The notes below the pieces were generated by a model, which searched no databases, was not told where the DNA came from, and saw only the letters and a list, made by a program, of their open reading frames with translations. A DNA stretch of 63,967 nt, counting the filler, from Octopus bimaculoides (taxonomy: Eukaryota), in assembly GCF_001194135.2 (NCBI RefSeq). It is 6 parts of 6 records of this genome, joined end to end, with 100 filler letters (N's around TTAATTAATTAA, not from the genome) between each part and the next. Parts side by side here need not be neighbours in the genome. Positions count along the whole stretch, not along the records: positions 45,639 to 61,596 come from NW_026306484.1; positions 61,697 to 63,967 come from NC_068982.1; 4 more parts are not named here. One strand, written 5' to 3'. Made by a program: the position numbers and the translations under genes. This document shows, piece by piece, positions 51,382 to 63,840 of the stretch; within the stretch, counting starts at the first letter, position 1; each line of letters begins with the position of its first letter.

Positions 51382-52176
51382 ATATTGAAATTCCAATGGA
51401 AGAATCTTGGATCATGGTCAGAAACCACTTCTTGAAATAAATTGAATAATGACGTACATAGAATACGAATTTTTTCCTCAGGTGGGTATTGAACCACTCG
51501 CTGCTGTGCTGAATGATACACATATTGAGTTCTTCCTCTTTTAGAGGTAGTGGTATATTGCAACATCACCCCCCCCCCTCATTACACACACACACATACA
51601 GAAAAATCTACACACACATACATACATATGTAAAAAAAATACATATATATATATATATATATATACATACATACAAATATGTGTGTATGTTGTATATATA
51701 TATATATATANNNNNNNNNNNNNNNNNNNNNNNNNNNNNNNNNNNNNNNNNNNNNNNNNNNNNNNNNNNNNNNNNNNNNNNNNNNNNNNNNNNNNNNNNN
51801 NNNNNNNNNNNNNNNNNNNNNNNNNNNNNNNNNNNNNNNNNNNNNNNNNNATACAAAAAAGGGGGGGTTGTATGATTGTGTATAGAGGAATATATTATTT
51901 TTTTTAAAAGAGTTCCAACACTGTCTGTTTTTTATGTTTTATTTATATTCCTGCAGAACTAATGTGGGGTATAGAATATGGAATATACAATATATAATAT
52001 GATATACAATATACAATATAAAATAAAATAACATAAAAATGGATGGCACCATGAAAGAAAGTATTGAATGTCTTATTGAATATATGGAATATGTCTTATT
52101 GAATAGATGAAATATTGAGTGTTCAATATAAAGGATCAAATATATAAATATATAAATATAAATATATATATATAAA

Positions 52177-52216
52177 GGCGACTCGAGTTTCAGGGCTATT
52201 TCCCTTCGTCATGGCC
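52177..52216 (-). ncRNA. Degenerate minimal hammerhead motif embedded in (TA)n
   Basis: Minus strand: GGC-C[A]TGACGA-AGGG(AAATAG)CCCT-GAAA-C(TCGA)G-TC-GCC; 3-bp stem I, palindromic stem III ACTCGAGT, one extra A in the core. Confidence 0.5.
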
Positions 52217-52357
52217 GGTTATATGTATGTGTGTATATATATACATATATATATGTGTGTGTATATATATGTATACTTTAATTTCTTATTTATGCATACA
52301 CAAACGTATGTGTATATAGTTATAATATATAGTTATAGTATATAGTTATAGTATATA

Positions 52358-52400
<43 letters not shown>

Positions 52401-52436
52401 CAGAGAGATAGATAGATATGCATATATATATATATC

Positions 52437-52473
<37 letters not shown>

Positions 52474-52493
52474 GTATGTATGTGTGTGTACAA

Positions 52494-52546
<53 letters not shown>

Positions 52547-52674
52547 CAGAGAGATTTAGATAGATATTGAAGCAAAAATTAATGTTTTCCAACTCACCGG
52601 AATGAAAAGAACCAAAGTTGAAAGACACAACCACAGCAAGTGTAATGCTTTCACCATCATAATTAGGAATAAAG

Positions 52675-52722
<48 letters not shown>

Positions 52723-53231
52723 TAGAAATGAAACCAGCTGTTTTGGTTTCTAATCCTCAGTACGGCTTAAAGTTTCCTAGAGGTACTTTTCTTTGCATGT
52801 ATATATATATGTATAATATATATAGTTGTTTATATATATCCTGGCGTCTATATATATATATATATATCTGTGAATATATATATATATATATATATTTGTG
52901 TGCGAGTGTATATAAATGTTTTGGGGTATATCTCTGAGCGTGTATATCTTTGTATGTCTATATTTGTGTGTATATATTTGTGTGCATGTACAACTGCTTG
53001 TGTGTGTATATATAAACGTATGTCTCTGTGTACATATATCTTTGAGTGTATATATATATATATATATATGTATGTATATATAGGGATGAATATGGATGTA
53101 TATATATATGTGTGTGTCTCTGTGTGTGTTTATGTGTTTATGTAGAATTTGCTGAGAACTTTGTTGGCACAGAGAGAGAGAGACAGACAGAAACACAGAG
53201 AGAGAGAGAGAGAGAGAGAGAAAGTGTAGAA

Positions 53232-53262
<31 letters not shown>

Positions 53263-53776
53263 CAGGGAGGGGGTAGCAAAGATGCTACAAGGCCCTTGCT
53301 GTTGTTAATGATAATGATGATGACCAAGATGCTGTTGGTCCTTAGAAGTGTATGCAAATGAGGGGAGGGGGGTCTTTTGTGAGGTGGGTGGTGGTGGTGG
53401 TGGCGGTGTTTGTTTGTTTGTTTCTCTGCTGTTGCGTTGTTTTTGTTCTTTAAAAAGAAATTATTCCTTGTCTGTCCTTGTTTGAGGAGAGAAAAACTGT
53501 TCCTGTAACTGCTGCTGCATNNNNNNNNNNNNNNNNNNNNNNNNNNNNNNNNNNNNNNNNNNNNNNNNNNNNNNNNNNNNNNNNNNNNNNNNNNNNNNNN
53601 NNNNNNNNNNNNNNNNNNNNNNNNNNNNNNNNNNNNNNNNNNNNNNNNNNNNNNNNNNNNNNNNNNNNNNNNNNNNNNNNNNNNNNNNNNNNNNNNNNNN
53701 NNNNNNNNNNNNNNNNNNNNNNNNNNNNNNNNNNNNNNNNNNNNNNNNNNNNNNNNNNNNNNNNNNNNNNNNNNNN

Positions 53777-54420
53777 CTGTTAGTGGTCTATCAACTCGCT
53801 AGAAATAGCAGCCGAGTGTCCTTCAAATTATTTCCTGAGTGGTCTATCAATCTGCTAGAAATAGCAACCAAATCGCCTTCGAATCAAACCCTGGGTCTGT
53901 TAGTGGTCTGTCAACTCGCTAGAAATAGCAGCCGTGTGGTCTATCAATCTGTTAGAAATAGCAACCAAATCGCCTTCGAATCAAACCCTGGGTCTGTTAG
54001 TGGTCTATCAACTCGCTAGAAATAGCAGCCGAGTGTCCTTCAAATTATTTCCTGAGTGGTCTATTAATTTGCTAGAAATAGCAACCAAATCGCCTTCGAA
54101 TCACACACTGAGTCTGTTAGTGGTCTATCAACTCGCTAGAAATAGCAGCTAAATCTCTTTGAAACCACACACTGAATCTCTGAGCGGTCTATCATCTCGC
54201 TAGAAATAGCAGCCGAGTGTCCTTCAAATTATTTCCTGAGTGGTCTATTAATTTGCTAGAAATAGCAACCAAATCGCCTTCGAATCACACCCTGAGTTTA
54301 TAAGTGGTCTATCAACTCGCTAGAAATAGCAGCCGAGTGCCCTTCAAATCCTTCCCTGAGTGGTCTATCAATCTGCTAGAAATAGCAACCAAATCTTCAA
54401 ATCACACCCTGAGTCAGTTG
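53777..54420 (+). repeat. Higher-order tandem repeat of 56- and 64-bp units, 11 units
   Basis: gtggtcta-type starts at 53783, 53839, 53903, 53936, 54000, 54056, 54120, 54184, 54240, 54304, 54360; near-invariant GCTAGAAATAGC. Confidence 0.95.
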
Positions 54421-56649
54421 TGGTTTGTCCTTGGTTGTTATTGTTGTAGTCATTCTTACTGTTTGGTGGCGGTGGTGGTGGTGGCGGCGGTGNNNNNNNN
54501 NNNNNNNNNNNNNNNNNNNNNNNNNNNNNNNNNNNNNNNNNNNNNNNNNNNNNNNNNNNNNNNNNNNNNNNNNNNNNNNNNNNNNNNNNNNNNNNNNNNN
54601 NNNNNNNNNNNNNNNNNNNNNNNNNNNNNNNNNNNNNNNNNNNNNNNNNNNNNNNNNNNNNNNNNNNNNNNNNNNNNNNNNNNNNNNNNNNNNNNNNNNN
54701 NNNNNNNNNNNNNNNNNNNNNNNNNNNNNNNNNNNNNNNNNNNNNNNNNNNNNNNNNNNNNNNNNNNNNNNNNNNNNNNNNNNNNNNNNNNNNNNNNNNN
54801 NNNNNNNNNNNNNNNNNNNNNNNNNNNNNNNNNNNNNNNNNNNNNNNNNNNNNNNNNNNNNNNNNNNNNNNNNNNNNNNNNNNNNNNNNNNNNNNNNNNN
54901 NNNNNNNNNNNNNNNNNNNNNNNNNNNNNNNNNNNNNNNNNNNNNNNNNNNNNNNNNNNNNNNNNNNNNNNNNNNNNNNNNNNNNNNNNNNNNNNNNNNN
55001 NNNNNNNNNNNNNNNNNNNNNNNNNNNNNNNNNNNNNNNNNNNNNNNNNNNNNNNNNNNNNNNNNNNNNNNNNNNNNNNNNNNNNNNNNNNNNNNNNNNN
55101 NNNNNNNNNNNNNNNNNNNNNNNNNNNNNNNNNNNNNNNNNNNNNNNNNNNNNNNNNNNNNNNNNNNNNNNNNNNNNNNNNNNNNNNNNNNNNNNNNNNN
55201 NNNNNNNNNNNNNNNNNNNNNNNNNNNNNNNNNNNNNNNNNNNNNNNNNNNNNNNNNNNNNNNNNNNNNNNNNNNNNNNNNNNNNNNNNNNNNNNNNNNN
55301 NNNNNNNNNNNNNNNNNNNNNNNNNNNNNNNNNNNNNNNNNNNNNNNNNNNNNNNNNNNNNNNNNNNNNNNNNNNNNNNNNNNNNNNNNNNNNNNNNNNN
55401 NNNNNNNNNNNNNNNNNNNNNNNNNNNNNNNNNNNNNNNNNNNNNNNNNNNNNNNNNNNNNNNNNNNNNNNNNNNNNNNNNGTTGGTGGTTGGGGCTGAT
55501 GATGATGGTGGTGGTGGTGGTTGTGGGTGGTGGTGGTGGCGGTGGAGTGAGGAATAGTGGGGTGTGCCTGTGGGTGTATGACCTCAGTGAAATTGGCTGA
55601 CAAACAGACAGACAGACAGACAGGCTCTGTGAGTGGTGGTGGTGGTGGTGGAAGTGGGCTAGGCAGGGAAAGAGGAAATAGATGAATGTGACTAAAAGAG
55701 GTAGAAAGAGGCAGTGTGTGTGTGTGTGTGTTATATGTGTGTGTGTATAAGTATGTATATGCATGTGTGTGTGTGTATGTGTGTCCCAGAAAGTTTGTGT
55801 GTGTGTAAGTGTGTATGTGTGCTACTGAAAGTTTTTTTTGCATAAGTGATTGTGTGTATGTACGTGTGTGTGTGTGTTTGTGTGTGTACATACTTCTTTG
55901 TGAGTGTATGTGTATATGTGTGTGTGTGTGTGTGTTTGTGTCTTTGTACAAGTGTTTGTATGTGTGTGTGTGTTCCTGTGTGTGTGTTCGTGTGTGTATA
56001 TATATACTTTTTGTGAGTGTATGTGTGTGCGTGTACATCTCTGTGCATGTATCAGTATGTGCGTGTGTGTGTGTGTGCGTGTGTGTGTGAGTGCGTGTGT
56101 GTGTGTGTGAGAGATAGAGAGAGAGACAAACAGACAGACAGGGAGAGAGAGAAAGTGGAAGAGAGAAGGAAGGCAAGCAAGTGAAAGGAAGGGAGAGGAC
56201 ACGGGGTGGGTGGGTGTGAAGGAGGAGGCAGAGGAAGAGAAGGAGGGGGAGGTCACAGAGGGTGGGAGAGGCTGGTGGAGGGGAAGGGAGAAAGTCATTA
56301 TGTTTCTCTTTGTCTCACACATACACACATATGCCCACATACACAAGCATATACAGACACACAGACATATACATACAAACATACATAAACACATACATAC
56401 ACACACATACATACACACACATACATACACACATACAGACATACAATCATACATAAACACATACATACATATATACACACATGCATACACATGCACATAC
56501 ATACATAAACACACACACACACACACATCTTTTATCCTTTAATTTTTTCACTCATCCATTCGGCTGTGACCATGCTGGAGCATATCACCTCAAGGAATTT
56601 TAATTGAACTGACCTCACCTGTGCCAGAACTGACCTCACCTGTGCTTGT

Positions 56650-56830
56650 GCCACGTAAAAAAAAAAACCTAAGTCCACTCTGCTGAGTGGTTAGTGTCAG
56701 GAAGAGCATCCAGCTGTAAAAATCCTGCCAGAACAGTCACAGAAGTCTGGTGCAGGCTTCTGTTTGGCCGGTTCCTGTCAATCCGTCCCACCCATGCCAG
56801 CATGGAAGGCAGACGTTTTGTATTTCTCCA
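56650..56830 (+). mobile_element. Family D repeat
   Basis: ccacgtaaaaa...gtggttagtgtcaggaagagcatccagctgtaaaa...cccatgccagcatggaaggcagacgtt. Confidence 0.75.
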
Positions 56831-57691
56831 TTATTCATTATTCATCTCACATACACATTTTACTGTCTTTATGCACATATGTCTATGCACTCAAAGTTCA
56901 AATACGGTGTGCACGTCTCTCAAATTCACAATATTTTCCTTGGTGACAGAACTATGATGATTAACAATTGGCAGCTGATGAAGGGATCACATTCATGCAC
57001 ATCTGTTCATGCTGTGTTCTTGCTTATCCTGAAATTTTCTTTGTTGTTTGTCTGTTACCATTTTTACTAATGTATATGTACATATACACACACACACACA
57101 AATGTGTATATATATTTATATAACCATAAATATATATATATATATAGGTGTGAATAAATATATGTATATATGCATATACATATATATATGTATGTANNNN
57201 NNNNNNNNNNNNNNNNNNNNNNNNNNNNNNNNNNNNNNNNNNNNNNNNNNNNNNNNNNNNNNNNNNNNNNNNNNNNNNNNNNNNNNNNNNNNNNNNNNNN
57301 NNNNNNNNNNNNNNNNNNNNNNNNNNNNNNNNNNNNNNNNNNNNNNNNNNNNNNNNNNNNNNNNNNNNNNNNNNNNNNNNNNNNNNNNNNNNNNNNATAT
57401 ATGTATATGTATATATATATATATGTATATATACATATATGTATGTATATATACACACACATACATATATACTCTTAGGAGGTGTTAAATGACAGACGGT
57501 ATTAAAAAGTTAGCATTTAAAATAAATACATAACGTAGGTGTATATACACAAGTGCGCATGTGTAAAAGCATGTCAATAAACACACATGTATATACATAC
57601 ATGCATATATGTCTGTGCTTATACACACACACACACACACAAACAATCACACATATATAAAATATACATAAGCCTATGTATATCTATGTCA

Positions 57692-57730
<39 letters not shown>

Positions 57731-58025
57731 CATACATATAGGCGCGCTAAGTATGACTGTAAAAATAAAAATGCAATTTGATATCTAACCACATGTAGAT
57801 GTGTGTGTGTGCAAATATATATATATGTATGTATGTATGTATGTATATACACATATATAAAGATATGTATACATATATGTGTGAATGTTGTGTAGGTGTG
57901 TAGAGGACAAATATACAATTTTTCATGTAAAGACAAATCCGTACACACAAACAGATATATATATACACATAAGAAACGGTCGACATTAAAACACAGAATA
58001 GACTATATATATATATATATATATC

Positions 58026-58097
<72 letters not shown>

Positions 58098-58129
58098 TAC
58101 ATAAAAAAGCGTTTCTGCTATCATGCATG

Positions 58130-58280
58130 TGGATACTCAGACATCCAGCCGTAGAAACTCTGCCAAATTAGATTGGAGCCTGGTGTAGCCATCTGGTTTC
58201 ACCAGTCCTCAGTCAAATCGTCCAACCCATGCTAGCATGGAAAGCAGATGTTAAACGATGACGATGATGATGATGATGAC
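58130..58280 (+). mobile_element. Family D repeat with (GAT)n tail
   Basis: gcctggtgtagcc...cagtcaaatcgtccaacccatgctagcatggaaagcagatgttaaacgatgacgatgatg. Confidence 0.8.
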
Positions 58281-58303
58281 ATATGTGTGTGTGTGTGTGT
58301 GTG

Positions 58304-58337
<34 letters not shown>

Positions 58338-58539
58338 CATTCATGCATACACTTATATATGCATGTGTGACCATATATATGCATGTATACACACATGTAT
58401 ATCTGTAAATATTTTTAACTATATGCAAGTGTATATAACTATTTAAACGTTTAGATATCCAACTTGGTTTTTTGGCTAGATCTAGTGCAGGGAATGCCGA
58501 ACTTGGCAGCACCGCCAGGAAAAGACATTTAATGACGTT

Positions 58540-59030
58540 TCATATTACAGTCATTTCTTGGGCACCATAGCCCACTCAAGTAAACAGTTAATGTTGGCAG
58601 AACTATATCTGGGTGTAGACCATTTCTCTGGAATTTATTGGAGATGTTCGTCCAGGAACCATTTGAATGTTACGAGATCCTGGTACTTCTCTTATGTCTC
58701 TTGGCATGATGTTAAAAAGAGCAGGGCTTTTCGAGATGAAATAGTTCTGTCTTAATGTTGTGAGGTGACACGAACATGGTTTTCGTAAAGGACAGATGGC
58801 GTGGGGACTAAGCTTTGGGTAAATTTTAAAGGTGATACCAACGGTATTTGAGCAATGCTGTTGGAATATTATCTACGTCTTTTTTCGTGGAAGGATTGCA
58901 ACCACCACCATATAACTGAAAATGGACTAACACATTCCTATTAAATAGATAACTGTAGAGTCATCAGCAATTGATTGCGAGCAATAGATTGGTTAGCAGT
59001 TCACTGTGAGCCGTTGAGTGAGACCATTGA
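58540..59030 (-). mobile_element. CR1-like LINE 3' fragment
   Basis: GITFKIYPKLSPHAICPL...NYFISKSPALFNIMPRDIRE(fs)TFKWFLDEHLQ*IPE...LLEW resembles CR1 F...GP.LFN.LP..IR......FK..LD..L..IP. Confidence 0.6.
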
Positions 59031-59134
59031 ATCACATGTAGTAGTAATCATATTATGTCATGTAAACACTTATTTCCCCCTGCTTTGTTAAATTATACAT
59101 CTAACACCAGGATATAGAAATCTTACAGACAGTG

Positions 59135-59460
59135 GCACCTTGGGCAAGTGTCTTCTACTATAGCCTCAGGCCATCCAAATTCTTGTGACTGGATTTGGTA
59201 GATGGAAACTGAAAGAAGCCTATCGCATGAGTGTGAGTGTGTGTGTGTGTGAGTATTTGTGTGCCTGTGTTTGTCCCCCACCATCACTTGACAACTGATG
59301 TTGGTGTGTTTATGTCCCTGTAACTTAGTGGTTTGACAAAAGAGACTAATAGAATAAGTACTAGGCTTACAAAGAATAAGTCCCAGGATTGATTCATTCG
59401 ACTAAAGACAGTGCCCCAGCATGGCCACATTCAAATGACTGAAACAAGTGAAAAAGAAAA
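59135..59460 (+). mobile_element. SINE family B, 5'-truncated
   Basis: gtggcaccttgggcaagtgtcttctactatagcc...ggatttggtagatggaaactgaaagaagcc...cagcatggccac..aaatgactgaaacaag. Confidence 0.85.
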
Positions 59461-59620
59461 GGATAGTGCTCATGCCAGCGTTGGAGAGAATAATGTTTGA
59501 GTTTGTCGAGACAGTTCCAATAATCTAAACTTCGGATGCATTCTATTTATCTTGCGATCGATCTCTGAGATACTTCAATTTCTAAAATATTTTGTCTTGT
59601 GCAAAAAAATTGAACAAACG

Positions 59621-59720
59621 AACATGGGATGAAACATGGGATAAGACATGGGATAAAACATGGGATAACACATGGGATAAAACATGAGATATAATATAGG
59701 ATAAAAGATGGGGTAAGACA
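59621..59720 (+). repeat. 13-bp minisatellite (AACATGGGATAAN), about 7 decaying copies
   Basis: aacatgggatgaaacatgggataagacatgggataaaacatgggataacacatgggataaaacatgag... Confidence 0.85.
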
Positions 59721-60195
59721 TATATATATACATGACAGGCTTCTCCATAGTTTTCTGTCTACCAAATCTACTGGCCAGCCAGGGGCTAGAGAAGAAAATA
59801 CTTGTTCAAGGTGCTCTTCAGTAGAACTGAACCTCAAACCCCTTGGCTGCACACCAAGCCCCTTAACCACACAGCCATTGCCTTTTCAACTTTACTGAGC
59901 ACTTTGATAAACAGCCCCCCCACACGACTACACCTTTATGTATTTTCAGAAAGATCTATTTATAATCGTTCTTAAATGAAATTAAAACAATATTCCATAT
60001 TGAATTTTTATATTTCTGAAGTACTTCGGGGAGACTGAAACATATGAGAAGGGTGTGTTTACAGGGACAACATATCCATTTCATTTCGTTTTATTTTTAT
60101 ATTCTAGCAAATCTGTGCAAAAATATATTTTGCAGAGACAACAGGAATTTTTACTCATGCCCATTATTGTTTTGGAGTTATATACATATATATAT

Positions 60196-60277
<82 letters not shown>

Positions 60278-60971
60278 GCATGTGTGAGTGTGTGTAAGAG
60301 TATGATTGTGTGCGTGTGTGTGTAATAAATTGTTTACGAGGCGAATTTCAAAGCGGTTGGTGCTAAAATTAAGAATATGTAACGTACTCTAATATATTAC
60401 ATGATATTAGTTATATAACTGTATTTATAGATTCTAATCAAATGGTTTAAAAAAAGAAACACACACACACACACACACACACATATCTACATCTGTACAT
60501 ATATATATATATATGTGTGTCTGTGTACATATTGATATATATGTATGTGTATATACAAACCGGTCTTGGTTTGTGTTTGCCACCTTGGAATCCTCTGTTT
60601 AGTGGGTCGATCCACTACTCAGGAAGAGACTATTCTAGAGTACGTTCTGCCTTATCTTTGAAACGTCTAGTTAGAATAGAGGCAGCTGACGAAGGAATTA
60701 TTCCAAGTGGCTATCTGTTTTCCTATGTGTTCGTTCCGTGGTCTGTAGTTCATTTTTCTAACGTCCTGTACCTTGATATGCATCTATATNNNNNNNNNNA
60801 TAGAGGCAGCTGACGAAGGAATTATTCCAAGTGGCTATCTGTTTTCCTATGTGTTCGTTCCGTGGTCTGTAGTTCATTTTTCTAACGTCCTGTACCTTGA
60901 TATGCATCTATATACACATGTAGATGCAAGTATGTACATATATGTGCGTATACATGCATATATATTCTTTG

Positions 60972-61004
<33 letters not shown>

Positions 61005-61005
<1 letters not shown>

Positions 61006-61407
61006 CAAGACGAAAGGTGTTCTCTCATCAGGATAATGCTTAGCCACATACAGCGAGGATGACATTCGAATGGTTGGACAGTTTGAATTGGAAACAATGC
61101 CCCTTCTGCATCATATTTGCTGGACATTGCCCCATCTGATCATCATTTATTCTGTAGTCTTCAAAATCATTTGGACAGAAAAAAATATGAATTCTGTGGA
61201 CGAAGTCAGAACAGTAGTGGAGGAGTATTCTTCGTCACGGACAAGTGAATTTTGGAAGAGAGGACCTTGCAAGTCTACCAGATAAATGGAAGAGCATTGT
61301 AGAAAATGAAGGGGAGTATATTTTAGATTAAAAAAGAACTTTGTTTATCTTAATTTCGAAAAATAAAAGAAGTGTAAACAAGCCACATTGTTTATGAGAT
61401 GACCCAA
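61005..61407 (+). pseudogene. Second mariner transposase C-terminal relic with right TIR
   Basis: HQDNA..HTAR...(fs)LQNHLD(fs)SVDEVRTVVEEYSSSRTSEFWKRG...(fs)KWKSIVENEGEYILD*; ends tttatgagatgacccaa followed by TA. Confidence 0.85.
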
Positions 61408-61596
61408 TATCTATACAATGCTACCAGTCCAATGACCTTGCTTAAATTCCTAATTCTTTTCACTCCCTTATAGTTTTTGTTTTTGACTTCTTTCACTCCT
61501 AATTTCTCTCAAATCTTATCTTCCTTGTTCTCTCTTGTTTTTTTCATGCATACATTTTTCTCCGCTTTAACCCAAAATATTTCCCCTCTCTCTTCC

Positions 61597-61696
61597 NNNN
61601 NNNNNNNNNNNNNNNNNNNNNNNNNNNNNNNNNNNNNNNNTTAATTAATTAANNNNNNNNNNNNNNNNNNNNNNNNNNNNNNNNNNNNNNNNNNNN
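61597..61696. other. Artificial scaffold join
   Basis: 44 N + TTAATTAATTAA + 44 N. Confidence 0.95.
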
Positions 61697-62035
61697 AACT
61701 TTTAGTCGAATGAATCTACCACAATTTCTTTTAAAGCACGGTACTTATTCTATCGGTTTCTTCTGCCGGGCCGCTAACTTATAGGGACAGAAACAAAGCA
61801 ACACAGGGTGACAAGCGGTGGTGAAGGTCGAACATAAAGACACACACACATAATACAGATACATTATATACAACAGACTTCTTTCAGTTTCCGTCTATCA
61901 AAGCTACTCACAAGACTTTGGTCGGCCTGAGTTAATAGTAGAAGACACTTGCCCAAGGGCCCAAGGTGCCACGCAGTGGGACTGAACCCGGAGCCATGTG
62001 GCTGGGAAGCAAAGTTCTTACCAAATAACCACGCC
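61697..62035 (-). mobile_element. SINE family B
   Basis: ggtacttattctatcgg...tttcagtttccgtctatcaaa...aaggtgccacgcagtgggactgaacccgg. Confidence 0.8.
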
Positions 62036-62672
62036 TATGGTTGTGGGAGTGGGTTGAAGAAGGAAAGGGCTTGTCCATTAAAAGAGCAGCGATGAAATAG
62101 TATTCTTTGGAAGGAGGAATTCCAACCACGTTTCGTGGTTTGCTATATCAACAGCTCCCTTATAAGATCCAGGGGCGAAGGACATCATCAGGTTTCGGCC
62201 CCTACTCCTCTACCGTTTTCCACGTGGTGGGGCCTCTGCTTGCGGAGGTGTCTTCAGCTCTGGTGTTGAGTGCGTTTTTACCTTTTTTTCTTTGGCCTGT
62301 TCTTTGGTTTCTTCGATGCAGCGTCAACGAATGACCACTCTGCAAACTTCTCTTTAAATACTCCTCGGCAGGCACCGGCAGCCAGCGCCAGCTTACTGTC
62401 ACATGACACAATCGAAGCTTCAACTGACCAATTGGAACAAGATTAGTGGTGGAAGCAAACCGATTACATCGATGCTAGTGCTCGACAGTTACATTATTGA
62501 CCCCTAAAGGGAGGAAAGGCTAAGACGACCTTGGCCGAACTTGAACCCAAAACGTAAAGAACCAGAAAAAGAAACATGCTTCCTAAGTCCTCCGTCCCGC
62601 GCGTGCTAGCGATTAAGCCAGCTTGCCACCTTCGAGGGACGCGTTTTAATTGAAATACTATTTTCAAATGTG

Positions 62673-62985
62673 AAGGTGCGTGGCTTAGTGGTTAGAGTGT
62701 TTAGCTCACGATCGTTAGGTAGTGAGTTCGATTCCTGGCAGCGCCTTGTGATCTTGATCAAGACACTTTATTTCATGACGCTCCAGTCCACTCAACAATT
62801 TAAAATTGTACCCCTATCTCAAAGGGGTCAGCCTTGCTACATTCCGTGTCACGCTGAATCTTTCTGAGATCTATGTTAAGGGTATACGTGTCTGTGGAGT
62901 ACTCAGACTCTGGCACGTTAATTTCACGTACAGACTGATCGGATCAACTGGAACACTCGTCGTTGCAACGGACGGAACACCAGTT
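62673..62985 (+). mobile_element. SINE family C, full length
   Basis: gaaggtgcgtggcttagtggttagagtg (A box)...gagttcgattcc (B box)...ccagtccactca...gtctgtggagtactcag...gatcggatcaactggaac. Confidence 0.85.
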
Positions 62986-63753
62986 TTTTTTTCTTTTTGT
63001 TTTCAAATCCAGACAAGTAGTCACATATTTTCGATGGGGTGGGTGGCCTTAGGGAACGACCTCAGAATATAACTGGTATTCGATTTATGAAACCTGGAAA
63101 TATAAATAAGTAAAGCCCATTCGGTGTATTGTCAGTTTCTTTTGGAGAATTTGGGAAATCCCATGATTAATAGAAGTTTTTTCTTTTTACTGTAAGCAAA
63201 GTTGGTGGAGCATAGAATAATGATTCAACACTGGAATATCACACACACACACTCTCTCTCTCTCACACACACACACACTCTCTCTCTCACACGCACACTC
63301 TCTCTCACACGCACACACTCTCTCTCTCTCTCTCTCTCACACACACGCACGCACACACACACACACAGAGTAGCGGAAACCAGTTGTTGCCCCCAGTGGA
63401 TGGGATGCTAGCATAAAGCTAAAGATCCGCGAACCCGGAACCATGTGGCTGGGATGCAAGCCTCTTACCACGTAGCCACTCCTGCGCCTCTGAAAAAAAA
63501 AAAATTCATTCAAAACTATGCACTTCAAATGGAAATGTGGAAAAAATACAGTGGTTGGGTAAGGTAAGCAGACAGACAGACAGACAGACATACACGCACG
63601 CACACGTGTATATATGCACATTTGTAGGCATGTATGAATAATGCATTTGTGCATAGGTATGTACATGTGTGCGTACGAAAAACAAAAGGTATCAGAAAAA
63701 TAAACACGAAAATGTAAAGCCATAAAGAATAAGAATACGGCAAACGGGCATAT

Positions 63754-63826
63754 GGGCTCGTGGCGCAATGGATAACGCGTCTGACTACGGATCAGAAAAT
63801 TCCAGGTTCGACTCCTGGTGAGCTCA
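63754..63826 (+). tRNA. tRNA-Arg (anticodon ACG)
   Basis: 73 nt: acceptor GGGCTCG/TGAGCTC, D-loop AATGGATA, anticodon stem TCTGA/TCAGA with loop CT-ACG-GA (ACG 63787-63789), T-arm CCAGG-TTCGACT-CCTGG. Closely matches the eukaryotic Arg-ACG consensus; no SINE body follows. Confidence 0.93.
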
Positions 63827-63835
63827 AGGTTGATA

Positions 63836-63840
63836 TTTTT
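63836..63840 (+). terminator. RNA polymerase III terminator (T5)
   Basis: TTTTT 10 nt downstream of the tRNA. Confidence 0.7.

Noticed and set aside
53777-54420. CRISPR array or Cas9 sgRNA-scaffold contamination (GCTAGAAATAGCAA matches the SpCas9 scaffold tetraloop region)
   Set aside because: The 'spacers' recur rather than being unique, no cas genes are present, the flanking scaffold sequence (GTTTTAGA, GTTAAAATAAGG) is absent, and the core also occurs in a dispersed repeat context.
60678-60910. Direct duplications across short gaps (also 854/1161, 9519-9610, 34881-34975)
   Set aside because: Identical flanks either side of an N run indicate unmerged contig overlaps.
62120-62260. GAAAC/CTGATGA/CTGAAGA motifs on the minus strand
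   Set aside because: Wrong order and spacing for any hammerhead topology; AACCAC-GAAAC-GTGGTT is a simple hairpin.
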